Origin: Octopus vulgaris
Lineage: Eukaryota
Assembly (NCBI GenBank): GCA_951406725.2
Contig: OX597822.1
Span: forward strand, 73,842,001 to 73,906,000
Length of the DNA: 64,000 bases
Direction of reading: 5' to 3'
Positions 14,374 to 28,070 of the stretch are shown here, in pieces. The position numbers and the translations under genes were made by a program. Under the pieces are notes generated by a model, which worked only from the letters and a program-made list of their open reading frames with translations, had not been told where the DNA came from and ran no database searches. Numbering within the stretch: the first letter of the stretch is position 1; every line of letters begins with the position of its first letter.

Positions 14374-14409
<36 letters not shown>

Positions 14410-14650
14410 TGAGTGAGTGAGTGAGTGAGAGAGAGAGAGGGACAGAAAGAGAGTCAGTATCACAGACAGACAGAGCAGACATAGACAGATAGACAGAGGT
14501 GCATATGAGTGGACAAACGAATGAACACGGCACTCAGCATATTTGTCAGGAGTTACATATACGAGATAATTTTATTCTAAAACTTTGACCAGATCGGTTC
14601 ATTTGACGAGTCTACGAAACTTGCATAGGGCCGAATAAAACTGTTATTAA

Positions 14651-14702
<52 letters not shown>

Positions 14703-14911
14703 ATGATAAATATCAAAGTGAGTTATATACAGTAGCGGTAACACATCGTGACGTATATTTGCCATTTCAATATGGCTACCCCTAAGGGTGGATGCTACTG
14801 TAGTTTTTAGCCCCAGGAGGACACACTCCTCCAGCTGGCCATAGACACACTTTCTGTGTCCTGTCAGTATTTGCAAAGGGAAGTCATCCTTCCCGTCTTC
14901 AACTTATGATA

Positions 14912-14956
14912 CACACGGACTCGAGTTTCGAGGTATTGACCTCTCGTCAGCGTGTG
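14912..14956 (-). ncRNA. Minimal type I hammerhead ribozyme (mirror copy)
   Basis: Exact reverse complement of 14971-15015. Confidence 0.88.
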
Positions 14957-14970
14957 ACAACTATGATTGT

Positions 14971-15015
14971 CACACGCTGACGAGAGGTCAATACCTCGAA
15001 ACTCGAGTCCGTGTG
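14971..15015 (+). ncRNA. Minimal type I hammerhead ribozyme
   Basis: cacacg-CTGACGA-gaggt[caat]acctc-GAAA-ctcgag-TC-cgtgtg; canonical core, GUC site, palindromic stem III. Confidence 0.9.
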
Positions 15016-15175
15016 TATCATAAGTTGAAGACGGGAAGGATGACTTCCCTTTGCAAATACTGACAGGGCACAGAAAGTGTGTCTATGGCCAGCTGGAGGA
15101 GTGTGTCCTCCTGGGGCTAAAAACTACAGTAGCATCCACCCTTAGGGGTAGCCATATTGAAATGGCAAATATACG

Positions 15176-15330
<155 letters not shown>

Positions 15331-15333
15331 TAC

Positions 15334-15380
<47 letters not shown>

Positions 15381-15385
15381 TATAC

Positions 15386-15436
<51 letters not shown>

Positions 15437-15576
15437 TATACATATATATATATATATATAACGGGAAGCTTTATGAAAATAAACAAAAGACGAAGGCAGG
15501 TGGAAAACAAACGAACAATTGTATTAGTATGGCGCTCAGGAAATATAAATAAAACAAGTCTTATATATATATATGT

Positions 15577-15893
15577 GAGGCGCAATGGCCCAGTGATTAG
15601 GGCAGCGGACTCGCGGTTGTAGGATCGCGGTTTCAATTCTCAGACCGGGCGTTGTGAGTGTTTATTGAGCGAAAACACCTAAAGCTCCACGAGGCTCCGG
15701 CAGTGGGTGGTGGTGATCCCTGCTGTACTCTTTCGCCACAACTTGTTCTCACTCTTTCTTCTGTTGGCCTGCTCGCTTAGCCAGCGGGGTGGCGTCATTT
15801 GAAGTCTAAAACAATGCGAAGCGCATTGTGATCAGCGATGTGTAGCAACATCTGATAGCCTGGTCGGTCACGGTGATCACGGTGATCACGGTG

Positions 15894-15895
<2 letters not shown>
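15577..15895 (+). mobile_element. tRNA-derived SINE family 3 (head B + (TCACGGTGA)n tail)
   Basis: Head shared with 41870, tail shared with 63765-63870. Confidence 0.85.
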
Positions 15896-15927
<32 letters not shown>

Positions 15928-16557
15928 GACGAGCTTCCAGGCTTCCACACAGATTCCGTCTACCAAATTCACAAAGCATAAGTTTGGGCGAAGTTATAGT
16001 AGAAGGCAGTTGCTCAAAGTATCGTGCAGTGGGATTGAATCTGAAGCCAGGTTCAACCCAAGAGTTAGCAATACGAGCAAGCAAGAGATACAGAGAGGAA
16101 TAATAACTGAAAGAAGATCATAAAACAGACCTAAAAAAAAAATCATTAAAATTTACTCAAAGGAAGCAAAAATAATACTTCAACACCACCTCAGTTTTGA
16201 CGGGTACTATTCTAGTATATGAAATATTATATTGAAATTTTAATGTACCCTGCTAAATATTTGACTGAATAAGTTTTGTACAAAGATATAAATAGTAGTC
16301 CAGTTTTAAAAAAATATTTAAGAAATACCTCCACAAATAGTTATAATTATCTGATATGAGGGAAAAAGAGACGAGAGCATGAGAAAGAAAAAAGGGAGAT
16401 AGAGTTAGATCAGTCTCTCTCAAAGAGAAGAAGTGATAATTTGTAGCTTTGTAGTGTAACTTATAACTCAGTTAGAGATAGATACTATACGCATACATAC
16501 ATACATACATACATACATACATACATACATACATACATACATACATACATACATACA

Positions 16558-17482
16558 TCAACCGAGTACCTGATGCACAAAAGGGATAGAGATGTAGAAA
16601 AAGCAGTAAAATGTGACAACCGATGCAGACTTTGTGGAGTTAACACCGAAGAAATCCGCCACATCGTAAGCAGTATTCTGGAAATGTCATCACGGCATAA
16701 TCTGCCGCTGAGACGTGATGTAGCTAGGATACTCTATAATGAAATCCGTCGGAAGGATAAACCCGAGGACAAAGAAATAAGAATCCATAGTATGGTAGAA
16801 GCCATAGCCACTCATAATAAAAAGGAATACAGGTGGAATGTCTAAGTGAAAACCTCAATAAAATGTAAGCACAACAGACCTGATATAATGATTTGAGATA
16901 GAGAAGAGAAACTTTGTACAGTTGTGGAAATTAGCTGCCCAGCGGATGTTAACATAAAGCTGGAGATCAGCGAAAAAGAGAACACCTATGCTGAACTATT
17001 TAGAAATCTGCAATTACTCTATCTAGATTACAAGTCCAGGTTTATACCTGCAATTATTGTGGCCCTGGGATATGTAACACACTGCCTAAATACCAACCTT
17101 GGGACATTAGGCTTGTCAAGACTAGAAAGGAGAAAGCTGATTCGAAGACCACAGATCCATCCGTCACTGCAACTGTAAAAATCTGTAAAACATTTCCAGA
17201 AGTCTATCATTTAAGAATATATGAGTATGTCTAGATATGCAACTATACGCATGAGAATACATACATAAAAAAAAACATACATACATACATACATACATAC
17301 ATGCATGCATGCATACATACATAATACATACATACATACATACATACATACATACATACATACATACATAGAAAAATATCCAGTTGTTGATATTGAAATT
17401 CCAATGAAGGAACCATGGATCTAGGCTAGAAACCGGCTCTTTCTTTATTAGCGAGAAATCTTGAAATAAAACTGAACGGTGA
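16558..17482 (+). mobile_element. 5'-truncated R4/Dong-like non-LTR retrotransposon (zinc knuckle + restriction-like endonuclease + 3' UTR)
   Basis: CRLC..E...HI, then HNRPDIMI..VVEISCP..K..Y; stop codons present; flanked by (TACA)n. Confidence 0.85.
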
Positions 17483-17524
17483 CATACATACATACATACA
17501 TATATACATATATACATACATACA

Positions 17525-17743
17525 TACCAGTGGGTGCCGAAAAGTTCCTGGTTTTAAGATTCTCGCGAAAGGCCTGGTTCGAGGCTCAACCTTTCGAGTT
17601 CTTTTAAAGGGCTTAGAAAAACTGAAGGGTCACTGCAATAAGTATGTGAATTTGAGAGAGGAATATGTTGAATAAACTCAATTAACAGATCCTCCTGTAT
17701 TTTCTTTTACCGAAAGCTGGAAACTTTTCGGCACTCCCTTGTA
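17525..17743 (+). mobile_element. mariner-derived MITE
   Basis: TIRs TACCAGTGGGTGCCGAAAAGTTCC / GGAAACTTTTCGGCACTCCCTTGTA, TA ends; internal remnant ..GLEKL..VNLR-EYVE* typical of a mariner C-terminus. Confidence 0.75.
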
Positions 17744-17899
17744 TATACTAGCGCACATACATACATACATACATACATACATACATACATACATACATAC
17801 ATACATACATACATACATACATACACGCGCATACATATAAGTGAGTATCTATTTATCTATCATCTCACCATATATCTATCTCTCGATCCCTCTCACCGC

Positions 17900-18200
17900 C
17901 GGTGGTGGTGGTGGTGGTGATAGCGGCTGCGGCGGTGGTGTTGGTGGTTGTGGTGGTTATGGTGGTAGTGGTGGTGGCGGTATTGTTGGATTGATGATGA
18001 TGGTGGTGTTCGTGATGGTGTTTGTGGTGGGATTGTTGTTGTTGTTGGTGGTGGTTTGGTTGTGGCGTCGTTGTTCTTGGTGGTGGTGGTGGTGGTAGTG
18101 TTTGTTTGGAGTTGGTGGCGGCGACGTTAGCGGTAGTGTTAGTTTGGAGTTGGTGGTGGCGACGGTGGCGATGGTGGTGGTGGTGGTGGTGGTGGGTGGA
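17900..18200. repeat. Degenerate (GGT)n repeat
   Basis: Direct reading; similar tract at 19660-19840. Confidence 0.9.
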
Positions 18201-18581
18201 GTGATGGCATTAGTGTTAGTGCTCTCATTAATGAAGATGGATGGCTGTGAAGATGCTATCAGAAAAATAAAATACACCATCCAAATGCTGTGGTATGATG
18301 GTATTTGAATGGTATGTTTCTTTTTCTGTATCATATAGACTGCTAAATACTGCACACCCATTACACCTTGTAGTTCTGTAAGCTTACCTGTGTAGAAAAC
18401 ATTCGCAAACATAGCTGTATGGTTAATAAGCTCGTTTTGCAAAGACGTGGCTTTGGGATCAGGCCCAATGCGTGGCACATTGGGTAAGTGGTTTTTCTTA
18501 TAGCCCAGTGCTGACCAATATTTTCTGAATAGATTTGGTTCACGGATTTGTGTGGAAGCTATTCGTTAATATATACATATA

Positions 18582-19098
18582 CTAGCAGTATCGCCCGGCG
18601 TTGCTCGGGTTTGTAAGGGAAATAACTATATAAGCATTTTTAGAGAGTTACTTCCCTTATAGATGCCAATTCGGGCTTTCTTAGCCATTTCTGTTTTGGT
18701 GTCTTCAAGCCATAAAGTCGTTGTTCTAAAAGAACGCTGGTCTCCTTGACAACGCATTACGACGTTGATTTCTTTACACTCCCTTCCCCACAGCTTCACG
18801 AGGGAGGGAAGAAGGGGGAGAAGCAAACACAGGTGCAGGTGTTTGAGCGTGGACGCCAACTCCGCCGCCATCGACACACGAAAAATTATGCATTAAAATG
18901 GAATAAAAAATGATGTTAAATTATTTTTAAAATCGTAGACTCATCGTTGACGCGCGCTAATAGCCAGACGGGCTCGATATTAATCACGACTATAAGATAC
19001 CCGAATTTGGTTAAACTGCACCGCAAAATGTGGGAGGAGTTAGGAATCTAAATCGAAGGGGACAGACACTCACACCACTAGAGTTTTATATATATAGA
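18582..19098 (-). mobile_element. Non-autonomous Helitron
   Basis: Minus strand A|TC...CCCGAGCAACGCCGGG hairpin...CTAG|T; splits a SINE (18410-18567 / 19260-19480). Confidence 0.9.
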
Positions 19099-19736
19099 TA
19101 TTAGCCTGCTGTAATGAACCCATAAACAAACATACGGTATGCTTTTCTCCCTCTAAAGAGATTGTGCTCAGAAATATGAACCTGATATTTAATTACTTCA
19201 CTGTGTATAACTGAAACAGCTGTAAGGGTTAATGCTCGATTTGTTGTTGATAATAAACTCACGTGTGTGTGTGTGTCTGTCCCCCTACGCCGCTTCACAA
19301 CTAGTGTTGACTTCGTTACGTCCCCATGAATTAACGATTCGGCTAAAGGAAACGATAAAATAATTACCGGGATTAACAACAAAAAAAAAAAAGATCAGTA
19401 CTAGAGTCGATTTGTTCGACTAAAAAGCTCAAGACAGTGCTCCAGCATGGCCACACTCCAATGACTGAAATAAGTAAGTGAAAAAAGAAAGATAGATACA
19501 CCGACAGTGGTGGAAACGGCGGCGGTGTTCTTGTATACCACTAATGGTAATGGTTGAAGTGTTAGTGGAATGGCTGATGGTAAGCTCGGTTCTCTAGTAT
19601 TGGTATATTACAGATGGCGTTGCCGGTTGTATTGTATGTGGCAATGCAATAATGATGATAATGATGATGGTGGTAGTGGTGGTGGTGGTAGTGGTGTTGG
19701 TGGTGGTGGTGGTGTTGGTGGTGGTGTTGGTGGTGG

Positions 19737-19779
<43 letters not shown>

Positions 19780-20064
19780 TACAAAGATGTAGTAACGGTG
19801 GTGGTGGTGGTGGTGGTGGTGGTGGTGGCGATGGTGGTAGTTAGGAAAGTTAACATTACCCTCATCTCGTCGGTCGTATGTTTATAGACGCCATTGTTTT
19901 TCATCAGCCTCGTCTGACCCAGTTCATTTGATTTAGTTTACAAAAACAAAACAGGAATTACAAACGAAATACCCCTTAGAAACAGATAAATCTTATCTCC
20001 GTAACTAGCATCAGTCACTACCCTTATTATACTTCCAGAAAACTATACCAAATAACTCTTCCTC

Positions 20065-20116
<52 letters not shown>

Positions 20117-20168
20117 GTCTCTCCAACACTCTCCTCCTCCTTCTTCTTTTTCTTCTTCTTCTTCTTCT

Positions 20169-20215
<47 letters not shown>

Positions 20216-20230
20216 TTCTTCTTCTTCCTC

Positions 20231-20270
<40 letters not shown>

Positions 20271-20839
20271 TTCTGTCTCTCCAACACTCTCCTCCTTCTT
20301 CTTTTTCTTCTTCTTCTTCTTCTTCTTCTTCTTCTTCTTCTTCTTCTTCTTCTTCTTCTTCCTCCTCCTCCTCTCTCTCTCTCTCTCTCATCTCTGTCTA
20401 TCTTTCCTCTTTTGTCTGTCTGTCTGTCACACACACACACACATACACACACACAAACGCACACACACATAAACACACACACACACACAAACGGACGCAC
20501 ACACACAAACACACACGCAAACACACATGCATACACACTCAAACACAAACGCACGCACACACAAAGCCCCCCCCCCCCCGTCACACACACTCACAGAGTC
20601 CTGCAAAATTCTGAACACTCAACACATGCATTGACCTCCACCTTGTTCTTCCATTCTTTTTTTTATGTCTGCAAGGCGGCGAGCTGGCAGAAACATTTAG
20701 CACGTGTATGCGTGTATGGGCCAATACACGCCAGAGCACTGGTTCGAAACACTGGTGGGGGCGGGATTTAACTCAGAGAAGCCTAAAGCTTGGAATTAAA
20801 GCCGAAGAAAAAAAAATCATATTTAGAGCATTCAAATAT

Positions 20840-21245
20840 AGGCATAGGAGTGGCTGTGTGGTAAGTAGCTTGCTTACGAACCACATGATTCCGGGTTCAG
20901 TCCCACTGCGTGACACCTTGGGCAAGTGTCTTCTACTATAGCCTCGGGTCGACCAATGCCTTGTGAGTGGATTTGGTAGACGGAAACTGAAAGAAGCCCG
21001 TCGTGTATATGTATATATATATATGTATGTGTGTGCTTGTGTGTCTATGTTTGTCCTCCCAACATCGCTTGACAGCTGATGCTGGTGTGTTTACGTCCCC
21101 GTCACTTAGCGGTTCGGCAAAAAAGACCGATAGAATAAGTACTAGGCTTCCAAAGAATAAGTCCTGGGGTCGATTTGCTCGACTAAATGCGGTGCTCCAG
21201 CATGGCCACAGTCAAAAGACCGAAACAAATAAAAGAGTAAAGAGT
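20840..21245 (+). mobile_element. SINE family 1
   Basis: Homologous to 4034-4447. Confidence 0.9.
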
Positions 21246-21484
21246 ATATAATTTGTAGTTTGGTTTTACATTTCAAAATTTATTTTATCCAATTGAGTTT
21301 CTTTAAAAAATATATTGAACTTCCTTTTGATTATTTATTGGTCGCTTTTAGATTTAATAAGCCATTAAATTAAAAAGGTGGGCAGTTCGTTAAGTGAGTC
21401 CCTTTGAATCTACTAAAGCTCTTTTAAGTTTTTGAGCCACTTCAAACTTTCTAGGTCTCCTAGGTTCAACGGGACCTCTTGTAT

Positions 21485-21702
21485 ACTCTTTACTCTTTTA
21501 CTTTTTTTTACTTGTTTCAGTCATTTGACTGTGGCCATGCTGGAGCACTGCCTTTAGTCGTGCACATCGACCCACAGGACTTTTTCTTTGTAAGCTTAGT
21601 ACTTATTCTATCGGTATCTTTTGCCGAACCGCTAAGTTACGGGAACGTAAACACACCAGCATCGGTTGTTAAGCGATGGGGGTGACAAACACAGAGACAC
21701 AA

Positions 21703-21779
<77 letters not shown>

Positions 21780-21942
21780 CGACGGGCTTCTTTCACTTTC
21801 CGTCTACCAAATTCACTCACAAGGTTTTTGGTTAGCCCGAGGCTATAGTAGAAGACACTTGCCCAAGGATCCACGCAGTGAGACTGATCTCGGAATCATG
21901 TAGTTCGTAAGCAAGCTACTTACCACACAGCCACTCCTACGC
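21485..21942 (-). mobile_element. SINE family 1
   Basis: Inverted relative to the 20840 copy. Confidence 0.9.
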
Positions 21943-22080
21943 CTATGATCATATTATGTTTAGAATTAGCAAAATCGCAGGGGCGCTCAAGACCTGTCCG
22001 CCCAGGAGTTCCCCTAAATTCGTCACTGCATCACATGCAGCACGATTAGTAGTAATTTATTTAATCTTGAGTGAGAACAA

Positions 22081-22695
22081 AGGCAGCAAGCTGGCAGAAA
22101 CGTTAGCAGGCCGAGCGAAATGCTTAGCAGTATTTCGCGTGCCGTTACGTTCTGAATTCAAATTCCGCCGAGGTCGACTTTGCCTTTCACCCTTTCGGGG
22201 TCGATAAATTAAGTACCAGTCACGCACTGGGATCGATATAATCGACTTAATCCGTCTGTCTGACCTTGTTTGTCCTCTCTGTGTTTAGCCCAGTGGTTTT
22301 CAACCAGGGTTCTGCGGAACCTTAGGGTTCCGCCACTACAGTCCAGGGGTTCCGCAGGAAGTTACAAAACTGCTAAAATCGACAGTAATTTTTAATTCTC
22401 CTGTGCAGATATGTGTGTATAAGACTATTAAATTATTCCTCGAGCCAGTGGAATGCTTCCTTGGGGTTCCGCTCCAGCAAAAAGTTTGAAAAGCACTGGT
22501 TTAGCCCCTTGTGGGTAGTAAAGAAACAGGTATTTCGTCTGTCTTTACGTTCTGAGTTCAAATTCCGTCGAGGTCGATTTTGCCTTTCACCCTATCGGGG
22601 TCGATAAATTAAGTACCAGTAGCGTACTGGGGTTGATCTAATCGACTGGACCCCTCCATTAAAATTTCGGGCCCTGTGTCTAGAGTAGAAAAGAA
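22081..22695 (+). mobile_element. SINE family 2, internally duplicated and interrupted by a hAT MITE
   Basis: Core TTACGTTCTGA(A/G)TTCAAATTCCG..GGGGTCGATAAATTAAGTACCAGT occurs twice (about 22145 and 22545). Confidence 0.85.
22291..22498. mobile_element. hAT MITE
   Basis: TIR CAGTGGTTTTCAA / TTGAAAAGCACTG with perfect 8-bp TSD GTTTAGCC. Confidence 0.92.
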
Positions 22696-22855
22696 TCTTG
22701 AATGAGAACAGCACGAGCCAATGGTCAAAAAGTTCGTTGGGTGTTAAACTTGTTTCAGAGAATCCGTTGGAATGGAATCTGGATCCAAACTCATGAATTC
22801 AGACGCAAAACAAAACAAATTAACTGTTGATATGTATGTGTGTGTATTTGTGAGC

Positions 22856-22931
<76 letters not shown>

Positions 22932-23033
22932 ATACGAATACATATATATATGTGTCTGTGTATATGTTTGTATTGGATGGATGTCATTCTGTATGTGTAC
23001 ATGTACCTATGGGTAAATGTTTGCGTTTGTATG

Positions 23034-23074
<41 letters not shown>

Positions 23075-23195
23075 TGTATGCATATATACATATACATATA
23101 TATAGGAATGTATATGTGTATATATGTATATATGTGTGTGTATATGTATGTATCTATATATATATATTTTCATACATATACTCATATACAATTAC

Positions 23196-23228
<33 letters not shown>

Positions 23229-24042
23229 TGTATGTATGTATGTATGTATGTATGTATGTATAATAGTATTTACTCAAGAAGGAATGGCATGGAAGATAAA
23301 CAGTGTGTAATGAAGGATACTGGCGAGCGGCTGGAGATGGTATCGATGCCATCAGGCTGTTTGGGGTAACGATATAGTTCTGGCGCCAGTTTGAAAACTC
23401 CTTACCAAAATATTGGCGTGATTCCTTGGCGAGGTTGCAGATTTATTGCAAGTCTTCAGACATCTTACAGGAGTGACAGAACCGTGTATTCTTCTAACGT
23501 GTACTTTGGTTAAACCTACACAAAATAATACATACGCACAGACGCGCGCGCGGGTACGCACAGACACGCACAGACGCGCACGGATACTGAGAGCGAAACT
23601 TGCAAAAAAACTTATACATATGCACACACGCAAACACGTATGTACATTGGTAAGTATACACATACATGCCTATATATTTGTGAATTTGTGTTTGTGTGTG
23701 TGTGTAGCGCGTGTATGCGCTCGCCCGCGTGTGTGTGTGTATGCATGCGTTTGCATATACGCCATATATATATGTATAGATACATATACACACACTCACA
23801 CATAGGTGCAATCGTGTCTGTGTGGTAAGAAGTTTTTTTCTCAACCACGTGGCTCCGGGTTCAGTCCCACTGCGTAGTGGGTGTTTTCTACAATTACCAA
23901 GGGCCGACCGAAGCCTTGTGTGTAGATTCGGTAGACGGAGACTGAAAGAAGCCTGTTGTATATATATATATATGACCGCGTGTGTATCGTTGGCAATTTT
24001 TTTTCCTCCGTTTTCCCTTCTCTGGATCTTTCCTTTTCCTAT

Positions 24043-24077
24043 GTTTCTGACGAAGAGATCCGCTCGAAACGTAAAAC
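24043..24077 (+). ncRNA. Minimal hammerhead ribozyme in a PLE-type 3' end
   Basis: gttt-CTGACGA-a-gag[atccg]ctc-GAAA-cg-TA-aaac; related ends at 35843-35970 (+), 15460-15562 (-) and 10380-10560 (-). Confidence 0.7.
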
Positions 24078-24165
24078 CCTCGTTCTTCCCTTCTTTCCTG
24101 AGCGCCCAATAATACTATATTTGTTCCACGTCCTAGCGTTGTTGTGTTTTCATGTTTGGATTAAC

Positions 24166-24197
<32 letters not shown>

Positions 24198-24277
24198 CTG
24201 CAAAAGTATAAGGGTAAAAAATTGAAATAATGTATTACCAGTGGTTCGCATGCGCAATGAAAGTCAAAGACATCAAA

Positions 24278-24952
24278 TCTATATATATAAAACTCTAGTT
24301 GTGTGAGCGTCTGTCCCCTTCGATTTAGATTCCTAACTACTCCCACATTTTGCGGTGCAGTTTAACCAAATTCGGGTATCTTATAGTCGTGATTCATATC
24401 GAGCTCGTATGGGTATTAGCGCGCGTCTACGATGAGTCTACGATTTTTAAAATAATTTAACATCATTTTTTATTCCATTTTAATGCATAATTTTTCGTGT
24501 GTCGATGGTGGCGGAGTTGGCGTCCATGGTCACAGCTGCACCTGTGTTGCTTCTCCCCCTTCTTCCCTCCCTCGTGAAGCTGTGGGGAAAGGAGTGTAAG
24601 GAAATCAACGTCGTAATGCGTTGTCAAGGAGACCAGCGTTCTTTTAGAACAACGACTTCATGGCTTGAAGACACCAAAACAGAAATGGCTAAGAAAGCGT
24701 CTACATGAGTCTACGATTTAAAAAAAAATTTACCATCAGTTTTTCCATTTTAATGCATTTTTTCGCTATTATATAAGGGAAGTAACTCTCTAAAAATGTC
24801 TACGATGAGTCAACGATTTAAAAAAAAAATTACCATCATTTTTTATTCCATTTTTGATGCATTTTTTTGCTATTTTTTTGCTATAACTCTCTAAAAATGC
24901 TTATATAGTTATTTCCCTTACAAACCCGAGCAATGCCGGGCGATACTGCTAG
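24278..24952 (+). mobile_element. Non-autonomous Helitron (same family as 18582)
   Basis: A|TCTATATATATAAAACTCTAG...CCCGAGCAATGCCGGGCGATACTGCTAG|T; internal sub-repeats. Confidence 0.92.
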
Positions 24953-24989
24953 TATTTATATAAGAGTGTATAAAGATTTACACACGAAG

Positions 24990-25308
24990 AGGGAACATTG
25001 CTACTAAGTTCTTCCCCACCTAGCCTATTTCCCAAACCTTTCTCCTACCGACTACCACATTTTCAAGCATCTTGATGGTTCCCTTAGAGAGAAGGAGTTC
25101 AAAAATCAAACCGATGCTTAAAGTGCATTCAAAGAGTTGAAAAAGCTCCAGAACTCCATATTTTTATGTTGTCGGAATAAACAAACTTGTAACTCGTTGG
25201 CAAAAATGTTGATTTTAATGGTTCTTACTTTGATGAATAAAATTTTCGCATTGTTGAAATATATTGTGAGGAATTTCATGTTTTAAAACGTTGCTTAATT
25301 TTTACTCA

Positions 25309-25315
<7 letters not shown>
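24990..25315 (+). pseudogene. mariner transposase C-terminal remnant
   Basis: VLPHLAYFPNLSPTDYHIFKHLD...GINKLVTRWQKC..NGSYFDE* (YSPDLAPxD-like); frameshifted. Confidence 0.8.
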
Positions 25316-25379
<64 letters not shown>

Positions 25380-25563
25380 CGAGGATGATCCGGTTCTTGA
25401 CTGAAGATAAAAGGCTTCGAATGACCCGTCCGTGTTTTTTAGTATCGTCTATGTTTTGTATCGTCTATCTGGATGATTTTTTGATTTTTGAGGAGAGTAA
25501 ACAATTTCCTGAATTAAAAGTCGATGAAGAATTTTATATAAGTAGGAAAAATTACCTTTATTC

Positions 25564-28070
25564 TAAGGTTTTTTAAAAAAATGTCACCCCCCCCCCCTAA
25601 CTGAAGAAATCTAACACCACTTTTGACACAAATCATGCAAAATTCTAGGGGGCGGGTTTATAATGCCTACTTAAGTTTTCCCAAACTTGGTGTGCTGACT
25701 TAATGCAATGCAGAAATTTCAGCTTTCAAGTTTAAGTAGATTAGGAGTTGTAGAATTTTTAATTTGCTACCACTTAGGCCCTACTTCAGGAAATATCCTT
25801 TTTCTCTCCTTTTTATTTCTGAGATACTAAAAACTCTGACTCTATTAACTCTTTTTGAGAAAAGTAGGACTATCGAACTAGAGTATCTAAAATAATGTCT
25901 CATAAGAGAAGTGCTTGTGCCACTCAAAGAAACAAAACTAATCTGGATGAAGAAACTCGTAAAATTTCAAGACTCACATCGGAAAAGAAGACCTGTTCCT
26001 CTGGAAGAGTATTCTTTGGAAAGCAACTTCAGAATACCAATGAAACTTCAAACTGTCGGTCGCTATCTGTTCCTTGATGGTGCCACCAAAGGAAGGAAAG
26101 AAAGAGCAAAGGAAATTTCGAAAGAAGTAACTTTTTTATTAAATTTCCCATAGTTATCAATTCAAAATGTACAAGCAAAAGTTGAAAAGTTAAAATGTGT
26201 AAAACGAGGAAAATACGATTTATTGAAAGGAATTTTTGACATCACAAGGGAAAACAGTGAATGGCTCTGCAGTGAGGATAGAGGGTTATATTATCATTAA
26301 ATTGAAAGCAGGGGACAGATTGGGCATGCAATTGGAAAGGCAGCCAGTTCCAAAACCATACATCTATCCATCCAAAAGAAAGGTGTCCTTAATGCCACTT
26401 TCAACCAGAGCGACTCCAGTGTCATCGTCAACATCTGAAGCAGAGACTGAAAGTGAATATCAAGAGTCTGAAAAATCAGATGAACAATCTACATAAACAA
26501 GGAGGAAGTATAGCAAGTTAATAATATCTTCCAAGCTATCAACCCAAAAAACAGCAAGTTTGTCGACAGTTATCTCAAGATGGAATCAATGTCGAGAATC
26601 CTGCCCAATCTGGCATTTACAGATCGACTACTAAATAAGCTGACAAAGTAAAAAAAGAAAATGAAGAAAACACTACATTTAGAAAAGTGGTCATTGCATT
26701 TTGATGGTAAATGTATTGATGACCAAGAATACCAAGTGCTAGTCTTAAAGAATGAACAGGAAGAAGTTATGTTCGAAGCACTCCATTTACCAAACGGAAA
26801 AGCCGGTACTGTTGTGAAAGGAATAACAACTATTTTAGACGAATGTAATTTATGGAATTGTGTAAAGATGATTGTTGCTGATACAACGAGTGTAAACACC
26901 GTGAAAAGAAATGGCATTGTCATTCAGTTGCAAAGACTGTTTGCTCAAAAGGGTCTGAAAGAACCGAAATTCATTGGTTGTTAGCATCATTTCCTTGATA
27001 GAGTTTTTCATGTTGTAATGGATAACGAACTTCGAGAAAAAAAGTAATCTCCCAATATTGAATATACATTAATACCAGAGCTTCTAAGTAATTACGAGAA
27101 ACTCCAGGCTAATTTCAACAATGGTGTAGAAAGGATTACTGAATCAGCAGGATGGCAACACAATATGAAATTTCTATTTCATTTGAACAGAATTTTCGTT
27201 TCTTTGACGAAACCGGAAAATTTCCTACTGTAAAGTTTCAAAAAATACCCAACTTAGGTAATGCAAGATGGAATTCTCAAGCAATACTAGCTCTTTTGGC
27301 ATTTATTCTTCTACCAATGAAAAGAGTTTTGCTTCTCAATGTTTGCCGATTCATCTCTTACAACTGGACAATGTTTACAGCTGTTCAATACATATGATTA
27401 TCAGAAGCCTGCAAGTTCATAAAAAAACACTGAACTCTGTAAAACACTTTTGGAGTCGAGAACCATCAAAACTAGAAATTCCCAGAACAAATTGGAATGC
27501 AGAACGAGCAATTAAGTGCCTTCAAGATATTTATGATGTTTGTAAAATAAAGGAGATACTTCAACTTCGTTTTATTTTATCTAGCAAAACATATTAATAC
27601 TTTGTTGTTTAAAATTAGCTAACTTTCAGCACCCTTTTTCTTATACAGTTATTTAAAATTGGAATTAAACCTATAAAGGTTTTAATTTTGTATGTTATCG
27701 AATGCTTGCAGTGGCCTTTGTCTTAAAATAGCCTAGTTTTGAACCTTTGTATAGAGCAATTTCAATTCAGTAATCTTAAAAATGTATAAATGCACTTTTA
27801 TTCCACATCTCTCTTGCATTTACAAAGATTTAGGCAGCGGAAATGGAGTGTGAATCTAGTGCCACTTAGTGATTATAGATTAAAAAGCCCATAACTCCGA
27901 AACTTCTTAAACTAGAAAGCTGAAATTTCAGATATACTACTTCTGTATTGCATTGAGTCAGCACACCAAGTTTGGCAAAATCTTGAGTAGGTGGCATGAA
28001 TCCTCCTAGAATTTTGCATGATTTGGTTCAAAAATGAAGATAGATTTCTTATGTTTGGGGTGACATTTTT
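25564..28070 (+). mobile_element. Degenerate hAT-like (hATm-type) DNA transposon with ~190-bp imperfect TIRs
   Basis: 25578-25765 is inverted relative to 27880-28070; disrupted transposase 25895-27597 with HFDGK, ADTTSVNT, C.HH, NARW and NAERAIK motifs. Confidence 0.75.

Noticed and set aside
15085-15135. HDV-like ribozyme reading of GGCTAA (J4/2-like) in the conserved motif
   Set aside because: No P1/P2/P3 nested pseudoknot partners found upstream; the following strand pairs downstream instead
20060-20390. Repeat-spacer-like or CRISPR-like pattern
   Set aside because: Simple tandem duplication of a compound microsatellite in eukaryotic DNA; no unique spacers or cas genes
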